Shown here: positions 53,469-63,999 of the stretch, one piece after another | Position numbering within the stretch: position 1 is the stretch's first letter | How the letters are laid out: each line of letters begins with the position of its first letter | Assembly (NCBI GenBank): GCA_913777515.1 | Contig: CAJYSL010000266.1 | Coordinates: 2,550-66,549 of the forward strand | Source of the DNA: an uncultured Mucilaginibacter sp. | GTDB lineage: Bacteria; Bacteroidota; Bacteroidia; Sphingobacteriales; Sphingobacteriaceae | Length of the DNA stretch: 64,000 nt | Direction: 5' to 3' | Program-made: the position numbers and the translations under genes | Notes under the pieces: model-generated | Told to the model about the DNA's origin: nothing | Seen by the model: only the letters and a program-made list of their open reading frames with translations | The model's database searches: none

Positions 53469-54545
53469 ATGCAACAACCGGAAAATAACATCCCTTATCC
53501 TTACGAGCCGGAATTTTCGGTGAATAAACTTATAAAAGATCGCTGGGCTGATTTTATATATATACTAAGCTTCAAAAAAACAGTTGCGATTGCTGTAATA
53601 GCAGGAATTTTGCTGGGTGTTCTGGCCTCTAAACTTAAAGAGCCAACTTATACAGCAAGATTGAGTTTCGTGATTGATGCATCAAAATCCGCTGGTTCTG
53701 GTGGCCTGTCTGCTTTGGCCGGCCAGTTTGGTTTTAATCTGGATGGCTTAGGAGCATCTAACGGTGTTTTAGCAGGTGACAATGTGCAAGAACTGGTTAA
53801 AAGCCACCGGTTAATTAAAGCCACGCTATTAACCCCATACGACAAAACCCAAACACTTGCAGACCGCTACGCTGCCGTTAACGATCTTAGTAAAAAATGG
53901 ATTAAATACAGCACCACAGGTAAGGTTATCCGTTTTCCGCTAAATGGCAAAGGCGATAGTAGAATACAAGACAGCTTACTTCATGAGATGACATTGCTAA
54001 TTTTAAAAGGAGATTTTGGCATCACTAAAACTGATAAAAAATTGGACTTTTTTGAGATTACAACCACCATGAAAGATGAAAAGCTATCCTTATTGTTTTG
54101 CGAGCGGATGCTTAATCAGGCAACGGATTTCTATATCAGGACAAAAACTCAGCGCATACGCAATAACGTAGCCCGACTACAGCACCGGGCCGACAGTATT
54201 GCAGCATTACTTAACCGAAAAACTTATACGCTATCTGCAGCTAACCAAAGCTTGCTTAACCTCAATCCGGCTTACACCTCGGCCAACGCCGGTATTGAGG
54301 TGCGCGAACGGGATAAAATTGTATTGACAACGATTTTTTCGGAAACGATTAAAAATCTTGAGGCCAGCAAAGCAATACTTTCACAAGAAACGCCAACCGT
54401 ACAGATTGTTGACGAGCCTGAACTCCCACTTAAAAAGAACCGGCTAAAATATTCGGTTGCGATTCTTAGCGGCGTATTGATTTGCTTTGCAATAGCTTCC
54501 GTTATAATCCTTATTTTGAGAAAAAACGATACTGCAAAAATTTAG
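53469..54545 (+). CDS. Wzz-like chain-length determinant
   Basis: Two TM segments, GGLSALAGQFG, QETPTVQIVDEP. Confidence 0.85.
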   Translation: MQQPENNIPYPYEPEFSVNKLIKDRWADFIYILSFKKTVAIAVIAGILLGVLASKLKEPTYTARLSFVIDASKSAGSGGLSALAGQFGFNLDGLGASNGVLAGDNVQELVKSHRLIKATLLTPYDKTQTLADRYAAVNDLSKKWIKYSTTGKVIRFPLNGKGDSRIQDSLLHEMTLLILKGDFGITKTDKKLDFFEITTTMKDEKLSLLFCERMLNQATDFYIRTKTQRIRNNVARLQHRADSIAALLNRKTYTLSAANQSLLNLNPAYTSANAGIEVRERDKIVLTTIFSETIKNLEASKAILSQETPTVQIVDEPELPLKKNRLKYSVAILSGVLICFAIASVIILILRKNDTAKI

Positions 54546-55453
54546 CTTTTCAATTTTTTGCGAGCATATTTTCTTACTATTCTTGCAAATGCCAGCTTCT
54601 TAACAAAGAAGCTGGCGTTCTTTAATTTTAAAAATTTTTCAAATATCCGGCGTTTCTCGTCGTCCATCTCACTTTGATAACACCTGTAAAATTGATGTAC
54701 TGTATTTAGCTGAGCGTTCAAAAATTCATCACTGTTTTTAAACGCATTGAATGCCTGGTTTAAAGTTGAAATAAAACGATTATGGACTGGCTTCTCATTA
54801 GCTATACTTGCATTACCACCATGCTTTCGGTACCTCACTAACGGCTCATCAATATAGGCGGCTTGCCCGAAGGTAAACACCCACAGAGCCATCCAGCCAT
54901 CGTGATTCAGGTTAATTTTGTCAGGCATCGCCAAAAAGCCCTTTCTTGAAAACGGATTAAAAAGGGTTGTACAGCCGTTTACAAAATTGCCGTACAGCAG
55001 GGTTTGCAAATTCTGCTCATATTTGTGTTGTCCTAAAACTGCCCTGAATGATGTGCTTATAGTTTCGCCTACGGCGTCTACATACCATAAATCGGAATGT
55101 ACCATACAAGGCTGATCTTTCTGTTCGATTTTCACTAATGCATCTGCACATTTCTGAAGTTTTTCCGGCAACCACACATCATCCTGATCTGACAGGGCAA
55201 TATAATTTCCGGCCCTTGCCTTACTGACAGCATTTTTGAAGTTATTAATCAAGCCTAAACGATTATCATTGACGAAAAATTTAACCTGATCATTATGAGC
55301 GTAGCGTTCAAGAATACCGGCAGTTCCATCGGTTGAGCAATCATCACAAACAATAATTTCATCTGGCTTTAATGTTTGACTGAGTATAGAATTCAGTTGC
55401 TCCGCCAAATATTTCTCACCGTTAAAAGCAGCCATTACTATCGATATTTTCAT
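54542..55453 (-). CDS. Glycosyltransferase family 2 (rhamnosyltransferase-like)
   Basis: NGEKYLAEQL.SI, DDCSTDGT, SDQDDVWLPEKL, YRKH. Confidence 0.92.
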   Translation of the reverse strand: MKISIVMAAFNGEKYLAEQLNSILSQTLKPDEIIVCDDCSTDGTAGILERYAHNDQVKFFVNDNRLGLINNFKNAVSKARAGNYIALSDQDDVWLPEKLQKCADALVKIEQKDQPCMVHSDLWYVDAVGETISTSFRAVLGQHKYEQNLQTLLYGNFVNGCTTLFNPFSRKGFLAMPDKINLNHDGWMALWVFTFGQAAYIDEPLVRYRKHGGNASIANEKPVHNRFISTLNQAFNAFKNSDEFLNAQLNTVHQFYRCYQSEMDDEKRRIFEKFLKLKNASFFVKKLAFARIVRKYARKKLKS

Positions 55454-55462
55454 GACTGTTTG

Positions 55463-56896
55463 TTAAAAGTCAACTTTTGATTTGATGAAAGCTATACCAT
55501 CAAGTGCTACATCATTTTTTAATAGCAATTGGGCCAAGCTATAAATTACAATGCATTCGCCTACAGCAAGCAGTACACTCAATAATACAGAAAATGCTAA
55601 ACTTCTGGTAAAAAGCACTACCGGTATAAACAGCAGTGAGCAAAATACAGCTTCGAAAAGCAACCTCCACGGAAAATTAATTGTAAAAAACTTTCTGATG
55701 AAATAATAATACATACCGGTTACTACAATTTCGGCAACAACGTTGGCGAAAGCTGATCCGGCTTCATTATACCGTGGCACCAATAAAAAATTCAACAATA
55801 AACTTGCTGCTAACCCACCGGCTACACATACAAACATCTGCCTGTTATGGTTGGATGGCACTAAAATCATGAACAAAAATAAGTGTGCTATACCAATGAC
55901 AAAAGGCAGTAGAGCAAGCATTCTCATACTACTTACTGCCGGCAAAAATTCTTTGCCAGAAAAAAGCACTATTAATTCGGGAGCTAAAAGCGCAAGGCCA
56001 AACGTTGCGGGAACAGCAAAAAAAAGAATAAAACGCAATGCCTTTTGCAAAGTAAAATTAACCTCCTTTAAATTATTCTCGGCGAATTGCCTGCCTATTT
56101 GCGGAATCAGAACAACGTTCATGGATGTTACAAACGGGATAGCTATTTTACTTAATTTAACCGCTGCAGTGTATAAACCAACTGCTTTTTTATTGGCCAA
56201 AAAACCCAGCAATACCGTGTCCATATCGGTGTACATACTTGCAGCAAGGGTGGTAGCCAAAATAAAAAACAAAGGACTTAAATGATGTTTAAGCTGTACC
56301 CCTTTGCTTACAAACTTTATATCTTTTCTCAGTAACATTAAACTCAGTAAGTTATTACCCAAATAAGAAAAAATCAGCAGGTAAAGATACAGGTCATAGT
56401 CTGCCCGGCTTTTGATAAAAGCGTAAAGCATCAACAAGCCCAACATTTTAAAACCTACCGAGCGTAAAGCAATAGCTTTAAAATTTTCCATCCCACTGTA
56501 AATCCATTCTACATTTGTAAAGCCTAACAATACCATCAGTGTAGCCACCATATATAACTGGTGCTGATGGCCGAAGTAATGGAAAACGTTAATGACGAAT
56601 AAGTAGGCTAAAGCTAAACAAACACAAGCGAGGAAATTGATTAAGATAAGCTCCGAAAAAGTTTTTGAACGAGCTTCTGAATCATCCCGATGTTTAGCAA
56701 TCTCTCTTAAACCATAAATGGGTATGCCTACACTTGCAATAATTGAAAAATATTGGGCAAACGAAAACACAAACTGCACCTGCCCTATGCCCTCAGGACC
56801 TAAGACCCTCGATACATAAGGAAAACTTAAAACCGGAAAGAGTAAATTGGTAAGTGTTAAAAGCAGGTTATAAAAATAATTTTTCACCGTTACCAA
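55463..56896 (-). CDS. wzx: Wzx flippase
   Basis: KNYFYN, FPYVSRVLGPEGIG, VGLYTAA; many TM segments. Confidence 0.88.
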   Translation of the reverse strand: MVTVKNYFYNLLLTLTNLLFPVLSFPYVSRVLGPEGIGQVQFVFSFAQYFSIIASVGIPIYGLREIAKHRDDSEARSKTFSELILINFLACVCLALAYLFVINVFHYFGHQHQLYMVATLMVLLGFTNVEWIYSGMENFKAIALRSVGFKMLGLLMLYAFIKSRADYDLYLYLLIFSYLGNNLLSLMLLRKDIKFVSKGVQLKHHLSPLFFILATTLAASMYTDMDTVLLGFLANKKAVGLYTAAVKLSKIAIPFVTSMNVVLIPQIGRQFAENNLKEVNFTLQKALRFILFFAVPATFGLALLAPELIVLFSGKEFLPAVSSMRMLALLPFVIGIAHLFLFMILVPSNHNRQMFVCVAGGLAASLLLNFLLVPRYNEAGSAFANVVAEIVVTGMYYYFIRKFFTINFPWRLLFEAVFCSLLFIPVVLFTRSLAFSVLLSVLLAVGECIVIYSLAQLLLKNDVALDGIAFIKSKVDF

Positions 56897-56929
56897 TTAT
56901 TTTATTTAAATGAATGGCATTGGAACTTA

Positions 56930-58627
56930 CTAAAACCTGTAAGTAACCCCTAGTTTTATATGGCAATTAAAAACGTCGTTATGCGGAATGTAGTAATTTG
57001 CCGGGTTATAATCTTTTAAAACCCACTCATAGTTTAATGAACGTATGCCTTGCAGTGTAGCATCAAATAATAAATTTTTATAAGCCCATTGGCCCTGAAC
57101 TCCTAAAGCAAAATCTACCCATTTACGGCTGTTTCTATTTATATCAGGAAATGCAAATCTTGCAAAATCAACGTCATGCTCGTATCTTTCAAAAACTACC
57201 CCAAGCTTTCTGATCCCTTGCATCCAACTAATATCAAAAGACTGCAGGTTTCCACCAGGCCCTGTACCTGCTCCCAAAACCTGACCTTGATTGGTATGGC
57301 CTTGCAAAACCTCGGAATGAACATACCATGTACCAGCATTTCTTACCAATCTGTCTACAGACTGGGATAATTGAGTTATCTCTCCACTTACCAAGATGTA
57401 TTGATCTTTATAGCTATTTAGCTTAATCATTTTACGCATACCCAACAAGTATGCGCGTGAATGATCTGGTGACCCAATAAAATCTTTGTAGTTATATGAG
57501 TTGTCATTTAATCCATATTCGAAATAAATTTCGGCATTAGCTTTTGTAAATAGCCATCTCGCATACAGTGAAGTATATTGGTCGCGTGGAAGCGGATCGC
57601 CGGCTTCCCCAACCGTTACTTTTTGATAAGGAGTCAATAACGGAAAGTAATCTCTGAATGACGTTACGTCACTTTTATAAGCGTTAAACGTCCTAGTTAA
57701 CCCCAAGGTTAATCCCGTAATCCATTTGGGATGATAATTAATATTTAATCCTGTAAAATAACGGTCGCTGGGATTTTTTGCAGCAAGTAAACTGGAACCA
57801 TTTGACGTTGTAGTCGTGTTAAACAAATTGTATCCGGATGACTTTAAATAGCCCCCTAAAATTTGCCCCTCAAAAGATCCTATATAAGTTTTTATTGGCC
57901 TGACAGTGTTAATAGTTACATGTTCAAAACCAGGAGCGTTGTTTCCAAGCAATAATGAATTGCGAATGCCAGGCCCCCACCAAACATTTTCATTAGAAAG
58001 TCCGGCCGACATGGGTCCGAATGTAAGCCTGATGCTGCTTTGCCCTAAAAACACCTTACTAAATGCGCCGGTACCAAAGCGTTCAGGTCTGTCAATCATG
58101 CTATAGTAGGTATAGTATTTCCTCAAATCTTCGTCAGAACGGTTCTTATCAAATCCGTCGAAACTTTGGTTTTGAGCATATACAAACTCAGGCCGTAGTT
58201 GCACACTTAAGGGACCATATTTGAAGTAAACACCACCGCTGAGCATAGTTTGATATCCACGGGCTGGTATCATAGGCCCATCGTTCCAGCCATATGGATG
58301 ATGCGTGTTTATTTGATTTTGCCAGTTGAGAGGTAGTATCTGTAATAATCCCTGCTTACCGGCAAAAGTAAACCGACCATGTGCTTTATTATCGTTTGTA
58401 TCCGCAGTACTATCAGGTCTGAAAACATTTTCTATGCCTAAAGATTGGGTGGGATTTACAGGCCTTATAGTAAAAGACAGATTTGAATCTATTTTACCTA
58501 GTAATTGCATCCTCCGATAATAATCTTCTATTACATCGCTGCCAACAGGGACAGATTGAGCAAACAATTTTTCTGCTCCACAAAGAGAAATAAAAGTTAT
58601 CAAGAAAAATAAACTACGTCTCTTCAT
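56930..58627 (-). CDS. Capsule assembly Wzi-family outer-membrane protein
   Basis: SNENVWWGPGIRNSLLLGNNAPGF; C-terminal YRF. Confidence 0.85.
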   Translation of the reverse strand: MKRRSLFFLITFISLCGAEKLFAQSVPVGSDVIEDYYRRMQLLGKIDSNLSFTIRPVNPTQSLGIENVFRPDSTADTNDNKAHGRFTFAGKQGLLQILPLNWQNQINTHHPYGWNDGPMIPARGYQTMLSGGVYFKYGPLSVQLRPEFVYAQNQSFDGFDKNRSDEDLRKYYTYYSMIDRPERFGTGAFSKVFLGQSSIRLTFGPMSAGLSNENVWWGPGIRNSLLLGNNAPGFEHVTINTVRPIKTYIGSFEGQILGGYLKSSGYNLFNTTTTSNGSSLLAAKNPSDRYFTGLNINYHPKWITGLTLGLTRTFNAYKSDVTSFRDYFPLLTPYQKVTVGEAGDPLPRDQYTSLYARWLFTKANAEIYFEYGLNDNSYNYKDFIGSPDHSRAYLLGMRKMIKLNSYKDQYILVSGEITQLSQSVDRLVRNAGTWYVHSEVLQGHTNQGQVLGAGTGPGGNLQSFDISWMQGIRKLGVVFERYEHDVDFARFAFPDINRNSRKWVDFALGVQGQWAYKNLLFDATLQGIRSLNYEWVLKDYNPANYYIPHNDVFNCHIKLGVTYRF

Positions 58628-58633
58628 GTTGTT

Positions 58634-60328
58634 TTAAAACCTGTATGTTAAACCTGCCTGTATTTGTAAATTGAATTTATTGATCCCACTTACATAATAC
58701 GGATCACCAGGATTGCGGTTGATTGTGGGGTCAAGGTACCACTGATAATTGAGCGATTGTATGCCTTGCAGCTTCCCGTTAAAAATAAAGTTCTTATAAT
58801 CCCATTCTCCGCTTAAACCTAGACTTAAGTCAACCCAATGCCTGCGCCAGTCTTGCGTGTCCACGTAAGCATAGTAATAAAAATCGTTGTTATGAGCATA
58901 ACGTTCTAACTGTAAACCTAAACGCTTTAAGCCCCGCACCCAACTCACATCCAACGACTGCAGATTTGCTCCCGGACCAATTCCGGCTCCTAACGATTCA
59001 CCTTTATAAGTATATCCCTGCCTTATATATTTATTAACGTACCAGCCTAGGCCATCCAAAATATTATCAACAGAAGTTTCCTGCATTTGAGTGGCTTCGG
59101 CACTTATCAGTATACCTTCCTTAGCTGTTGGGTTGGTCAACATCAGTTTCCTTATACCAAATATGTAAGCTCTTGATGCATCAGGCTGTAACAGCGTTTG
59201 TCTCAAATTGCCGGTATAGTTATTACGTCCAAATTCGAAGTATACTTCGGCGTGTTCTTCAGGCCACAACCAACGTGCAAACATCGAGTTACGTGTATCT
59301 CTCTTTTTATTTGATAGATCTTCCGCATTGATGCTTTTTATAGTCGAGAAAAAGGGCAAATAATCTTTTATTCCGTCTAAATCTTTGCCGTATGATTGTG
59401 CGCTTTGGCTGTAACCTAAAAACAACCCAGGTACCCATTTAGGTTGCCAGGTTAAAACAATGCCACTTAAATAACGCCACTGATTTGGTTTGGGTTGGTA
59501 TAAATTTACACCAAAATATGCCTTGTTGTCTGGATATAAAGGTGCAAAACCGGAGCCCACCAAACGACCTGCTATCAGTTGCCCTTCAAATGAACCAATA
59601 CCGGTTTTAATCGGCTGAGTTGTATTCAATGTTAGATGCGGAAATCCAGGCGCCGAATTACTCATTAGCAAAGAATTACGTATGCCCGGCCCCCACCATA
59701 AATTTTCTGTAGAAACTCCGAAAGAAAGCGACTTATAATTTAACCTGATACTGCTTTGCCCCCAATATGCTCTTGCATAACTGCTCGTGCCGAACTTAAC
59801 CGGTAAATCAATATTGTTGTATATATCGTAATAGCGGGCAAAAATAATGTCGTAATGGTTTTTGTTGAAAGTTTCAAAATAACTGTTAGCAGCCATTACA
59901 ATCTCCGGTTTCAACTGCACAGATAGCATCCCATATTTAGCGTAAACTCCCCCACTAACTAAAGTTTGCAAGCCTTTTGCAGGTATCATGGCCCCATCGT
60001 TCCAGCCATAAGGGTGATGACTGTTAATTTGATTTTGCATACTTAAAGGCAACAAAATCACAGATGCCTTACTATCCTGGTCCCCGTAAAGATAACGGGA
60101 GGTGTTGTTCTTGATTTGCGCATCCGGATCTGTGTAGAGCCCATTGCTAACATCAATCGGCAACACCGGACGAACCATAAAAGACACACCCGAATCAGAT
60201 TTATTCAGCAACTGATTTCGGCGATAAAAATCTTCTACCGCTGTACTGCCAACAGGTAATGATTGCGATTTAACAACGAAAAAGCAAATTGATAACAAGA
60301 AGAAAATACCGAAAAACTTTTTCGTCAT
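58634..60328 (-). CDS. Capsule assembly Wzi-family outer-membrane protein (paralog)
   Basis: STENLWWGPGIRNSLLMSNSAPGF; C-terminal YRF. Confidence 0.85.
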   Translation of the reverse strand: MTKKFFGIFFLLSICFFVVKSQSLPVGSTAVEDFYRRNQLLNKSDSGVSFMVRPVLPIDVSNGLYTDPDAQIKNNTSRYLYGDQDSKASVILLPLSMQNQINSHHPYGWNDGAMIPAKGLQTLVSGGVYAKYGMLSVQLKPEIVMAANSYFETFNKNHYDIIFARYYDIYNNIDLPVKFGTSSYARAYWGQSSIRLNYKSLSFGVSTENLWWGPGIRNSLLMSNSAPGFPHLTLNTTQPIKTGIGSFEGQLIAGRLVGSGFAPLYPDNKAYFGVNLYQPKPNQWRYLSGIVLTWQPKWVPGLFLGYSQSAQSYGKDLDGIKDYLPFFSTIKSINAEDLSNKKRDTRNSMFARWLWPEEHAEVYFEFGRNNYTGNLRQTLLQPDASRAYIFGIRKLMLTNPTAKEGILISAEATQMQETSVDNILDGLGWYVNKYIRQGYTYKGESLGAGIGPGANLQSLDVSWVRGLKRLGLQLERYAHNNDFYYYAYVDTQDWRRHWVDLSLGLSGEWDYKNFIFNGKLQGIQSLNYQWYLDPTINRNPGDPYYVSGINKFNLQIQAGLTYRF

Positions 60329-60966
60329 AAAGCTACTGTTTTAACACTAATATTGTCTACCGACCAGCTTTCGTCGCAGGCGCCCGATGTATTAACACCT
60401 TTGGTTAACTTGTCTGAGCACGCTAAAGACAATGTATTTTTGCTGTGTTTAAACGTTCTCGATATTTTGTACATCGTTGTGCCGTTGAGCTTATTTTTCC
60501 AAAGGCACAACCCAGGAAGATCGGTTCTAAAAGCTCCAGCCTTCGGGTTATTGTTGTTATTGGGATAGTCTTTAGGATAAGACTGTGGTGTGCAGAAATT
60601 GCCTGCCGGACAATCTTCGTTAGAGAATGTGGTGCTAATGAAACTCTCATTATCAATCATGGCTTGCCAAATATCCGGCCCTTCAGGAGAGGGTGCATTG
60701 CCATCCCATGAGTCGTGTATATATAAGTCGAAAGAAATGATGACTAAATCATGTTCTGGAAGTTTATCCAGATTGAGCTGAAATCCACTGTTATTGTAGT
60801 TGCCTAAAACAGTGGTGCTATTAAACTTTGTTGTGATAGCATTAGTTATAGCACTTAAATTACCGTTGTCAAAAGTGTTAGAGTACACCTCAACTTCATT
60901 GCTCACATTGGTTTTGCAGCTAAAAAAAGCAATTGTCCCTAGTATAAATAATAGCCGTTTTCTCAT
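60325..60966 (-). CDS. Lipoprotein, possible carbohydrate-binding beta-sandwich
   Basis: Lipobox FFSC, FDLYIHDSWDG, DESWSVDNI. Confidence 0.7.
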   Translation of the reverse strand: MRKRLLFILGTIAFFSCKTNVSNEVEVYSNTFDNGNLSAITNAITTKFNSTTVLGNYNNSGFQLNLDKLPEHDLVIISFDLYIHDSWDGNAPSPEGPDIWQAMIDNESFISTTFSNEDCPAGNFCTPQSYPKDYPNNNNNPKAGAFRTDLPGLCLWKNKLNGTTMYKISRTFKHSKNTLSLACSDKLTKGVNTSGACDESWSVDNISVKTVAL

Positions 60967-62907
60967 TTAACTTATTTTGGCAATCCGGTCAAGTTCTTCA
61001 AAAATCGAATTTTTACTCTTGAATTCGTGAACTAAAAGTTTCATTGACCTAACCACCTGCATATCATCGTTGTTTTTTGAGTACTTAACTAAATCATCTA
61101 TCTGACTATTCACATCATCAAATGTATACTCTCTAACCTTTCCAATCATAATTTTTTCGTGATGTGTAGGTAAGGTATTTTCTTGGTTATTTAGTAACTC
61201 TTCGTAAAGTTTCTCACCTGGTCTTAGCCCACTGTACTGAATTTTTATGTCTTTATTAGGTATTAAACCCGCCAAACGAATCATTCTTTTGGCGAGGTCA
61301 ATAATCTTTACAGATTTACCCATATCAAAAATATAGATTTCGCCACCCTTGCCCATACAGCCCGCTTCTAAAACTAACCGGCAAGCCTCAGGTATAGTCA
61401 TAAAATATCTGGTAATCTCGGGATGCGTTACCGTAACTGGCCCCCCCCTTTCAATTTGCTCTTTGAATCGCGGTATAACAGACCCATTTGAGCCTAGTAC
61501 ATTGCCAAAACGTGTAGTAATAAACTTGGTTGCTGGTTCCTTGACGTAATTTAAGTAATTAGCAGTACCCGTATAAGATTTTGATGTATCACTCAAAACA
61601 TTATTTAAAGACTGCACATAAATCTCAGCAATGCGTTTAGATGCCCCCATTATATTTGTTGGGTTGACTGCCTTGTCTGTAGAGATCATTACAAACTTTT
61701 GAACACCATGCTTTACGGCCAAGTTAGCCATATTTCTGGTACCGTGCACATTTGTTTTAATAGCCTCACATGGATTGTCTTCCATCAATGGTACATGCTT
61801 ATAAGCAGCTGCGTGGTAAACATAATGGGGTTTATAAGTTTCAAACAAATGCGACATTCTAGTTTCGTCTTTGACGTCGCCAACAAACGCATGACAATTT
61901 GCTTCGTTCCCACGATCGTCCAGTTCCAAATACAAATTATGCAATGCTGTTTCAGATTGGTCACACATAATAATCAATCCGATATCAAAATTAAGCAGTT
62001 GACGTACTATTTCGCTGCCTATTGAGCCTGCAGCGCCTGTTATTAAAACCCTTTTCCCTTTTAACTCCTTTTGAATACCAGTTACATCAATTTCGATCGA
62101 CTTACGGTTTAAAAGATCTTCAATGTTAACATGCTGTATCTGAGAAATTTGTAATTTTCCACCCGACCAAACATCGTGCGGAGGGATAGTTAGAACTTTA
62201 ACATCATTATCCAAACATAAATCCACTAATTTATTTTTCTCATCAACGGAAATACTGTGCGTAGCAAATATTAATTCATCTACACTTTTATTTTTTATCA
62301 ACTTCGTTAATCCTGAAACATCTAAAATTTTCACTCCTAATATCGAATTGCCCACCTTTTTCTGATCATCATCAACAAAAGCGATAATGTTTTTATTAAC
62401 GGTGGTATCATGATCAAAAGTCCGTTTGGCAGCAACACCGGCCTCGCCAACTCCATAAATAATAACCCGGGTTGTGTCAAGTTTTAAATTTTTGATATAC
62501 AAAAACAGATATTTTGCCAACATCCGATAGTTTACCATCAATAAGAAACATATGAGCGCATTTAACATCAAAACCGAATTTGATATTAATGGGTTTTGGA
62601 AATATACTATTGAAAACAAATTACACAAACCAAGAGCAGCATTGCTTATCAGCACAGCTCCAAGTATCCTGAATGAATCCTGAGCGCTTGTGTAGCGGAT
62701 AATACCTGTGTAAGTTTTTAAGGCAAAAAATGTTATCAGGTTTAAAAATCCGATGAACAAAAAATTTCGGTAGAACTCATTATAATTAAAACCAGTTAGC
62801 TCAAAATTAACCCTAATAAGACAGGCAAAGGTAAATGAGATTGCTCCAATACAGAGATCGAATAAAAAAACGATCCATCGTGGTAAGATATTCAGTTGAT
62901 TGAACAA
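60967..62907 (-). CDS. Nucleotide-sugar 4,6-dehydratase, CapD/PglF/WbpM family
   Basis: N-terminal TMs, GAAGSIGSE, HAAAYKHVP, STDKAVNP, MGASK, RFGNVLGS. Confidence 0.95.
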   Translation of the reverse strand: MFNQLNILPRWIVFLFDLCIGAISFTFACLIRVNFELTGFNYNEFYRNFLFIGFLNLITFFALKTYTGIIRYTSAQDSFRILGAVLISNAALGLCNLFSIVYFQNPLISNSVLMLNALICFLLMVNYRMLAKYLFLYIKNLKLDTTRVIIYGVGEAGVAAKRTFDHDTTVNKNIIAFVDDDQKKVGNSILGVKILDVSGLTKLIKNKSVDELIFATHSISVDEKNKLVDLCLDNDVKVLTIPPHDVWSGGKLQISQIQHVNIEDLLNRKSIEIDVTGIQKELKGKRVLITGAAGSIGSEIVRQLLNFDIGLIIMCDQSETALHNLYLELDDRGNEANCHAFVGDVKDETRMSHLFETYKPHYVYHAAAYKHVPLMEDNPCEAIKTNVHGTRNMANLAVKHGVQKFVMISTDKAVNPTNIMGASKRIAEIYVQSLNNVLSDTSKSYTGTANYLNYVKEPATKFITTRFGNVLGSNGSVIPRFKEQIERGGPVTVTHPEITRYFMTIPEACRLVLEAGCMGKGGEIYIFDMGKSVKIIDLAKRMIRLAGLIPNKDIKIQYSGLRPGEKLYEELLNNQENTLPTHHEKIMIGKVREYTFDDVNSQIDDLVKYSKNNDDMQVVRSMKLLVHEFKSKNSIFEELDRIAKIS

Positions 62908-62955
62908 AACAAAAATACGTTAATTCACAGTTAAACAAATCTAAAAAAATCACCT

Positions 62956-63933
62956 TTAGAAACCTATCTTAGACTTCCTCAATAATCTGTCGTGCCCTTC
63001 CGTTAGTAAGCGCAGTACTAAAAATAAAGACGTAATTATTAAAGTAAACGCTACAGTGTAGAATACAGAATTTTTTAAAAACTGCATAAAAATATAATTT
63101 ATCATTCCTTGAACTGAAATATATATCAAAGCGACATACAAATGCGGAATCTTTTTGTCATTAACCAAAAACTGATAATAATGACTTCGATGAGCTTCCA
63201 AAACGTTTTCTCCTCTGATTATCCTGAACAAGATAGTACTTGCCGTATCTATCCCATAAACCAAAAGAAGTAACACAAATCCAGCGTCCCTTGTTTTTAA
63301 AATAAGTAACGCCAAAAAATATAAAATAATGAATGCAATGGTTACACTGCCTACGTCACCAGCAAAACAAACTGCCTTTTTTCTGAAATTAAAAAACAAA
63401 AATACTAATAATGCACAGATCGGCATCAGTATAGCTGGCTGAGATTGAAAAGTGATATAGTTGTTGTTGATAAAAAACAGCGTTACTAACGTTAGCAAAC
63501 TATAAGCCCCGGTAAGGCCATTTATGCCATCCATAAAATTGACAGCGTTCATTACCGCCACGATGAGTATTGCAGAAACAATGCAAAATGTATCCCAGTA
63601 TAAATGGTTTACCTGCTTTAACAGTAATAGTGCAGCAATAAAATGCGTTGCAAATCTAACTTTACTACTCAATGGTTTTACATCATCGATAAAGCTGACC
63701 AAAGCCAGTATCGACAAAGCAGTAATAAAGTAATAATCGCGATTGCTAAAAAAAACAAAATCAGCAACTGAACTTAGAAAAAAAATCACGCCCCCGCCTC
63801 TTATGGTAATAAGAGAATGAGAACTCCGGTGATTAGGCTTATCGACAATGTTAAAGTAAAGTGCTATCTGAAAGTATAGCAATTCACATAATAAGAAACT
63901 CAACAGTATAAAAGCTATCCAGGTAAATGGCAT
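62956..63933 (-). CDS. MraY/WecA-family polyprenyl-phosphate sugar-1-phosphate transferase
   Basis: DKPNHRSSH...RGGG, NFMDGING, FAGDVGS, AHRSH. Confidence 0.92.
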   Translation of the reverse strand: MPFTWIAFILLSFLLCELLYFQIALYFNIVDKPNHRSSHSLITIRGGGVIFFLSSVADFVFFSNRDYYFITALSILALVSFIDDVKPLSSKVRFATHFIAALLLLKQVNHLYWDTFCIVSAILIVAVMNAVNFMDGINGLTGAYSLLTLVTLFFINNNYITFQSQPAILMPICALLVFLFFNFRKKAVCFAGDVGSVTIAFIILYFLALLILKTRDAGFVLLLLVYGIDTASTILFRIIRGENVLEAHRSHYYQFLVNDKKIPHLYVALIYISVQGMINYIFMQFLKNSVFYTVAFTLIITSLFLVLRLLTEGHDRLLRKSKIGF

Positions 63934-63936
63934 ACT

Positions 63937-63999
63937 TTAATTTAATTTATCATACTGCTCATTAAAATAATCAAACAATCTTTTAATGAGCAGCTTTAA
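63937..63999 (-). CDS. 3' end of an upstream gene entering from beyond the window
   Basis: Open frame LKLLIKRLFDYFNEQYDKLN* ends 3 nt before the next ATG. Confidence 0.45.
   Translation of the reverse strand, partial: LKLLIKRLFDYFNEQYDKLN

Noticed and set aside
55743-56285. 180-aa plus-strand ORF and other short antisense ORFs in the track
   Set aside because: Antisense shadows of well-supported genes such as the hydrophobic flippase
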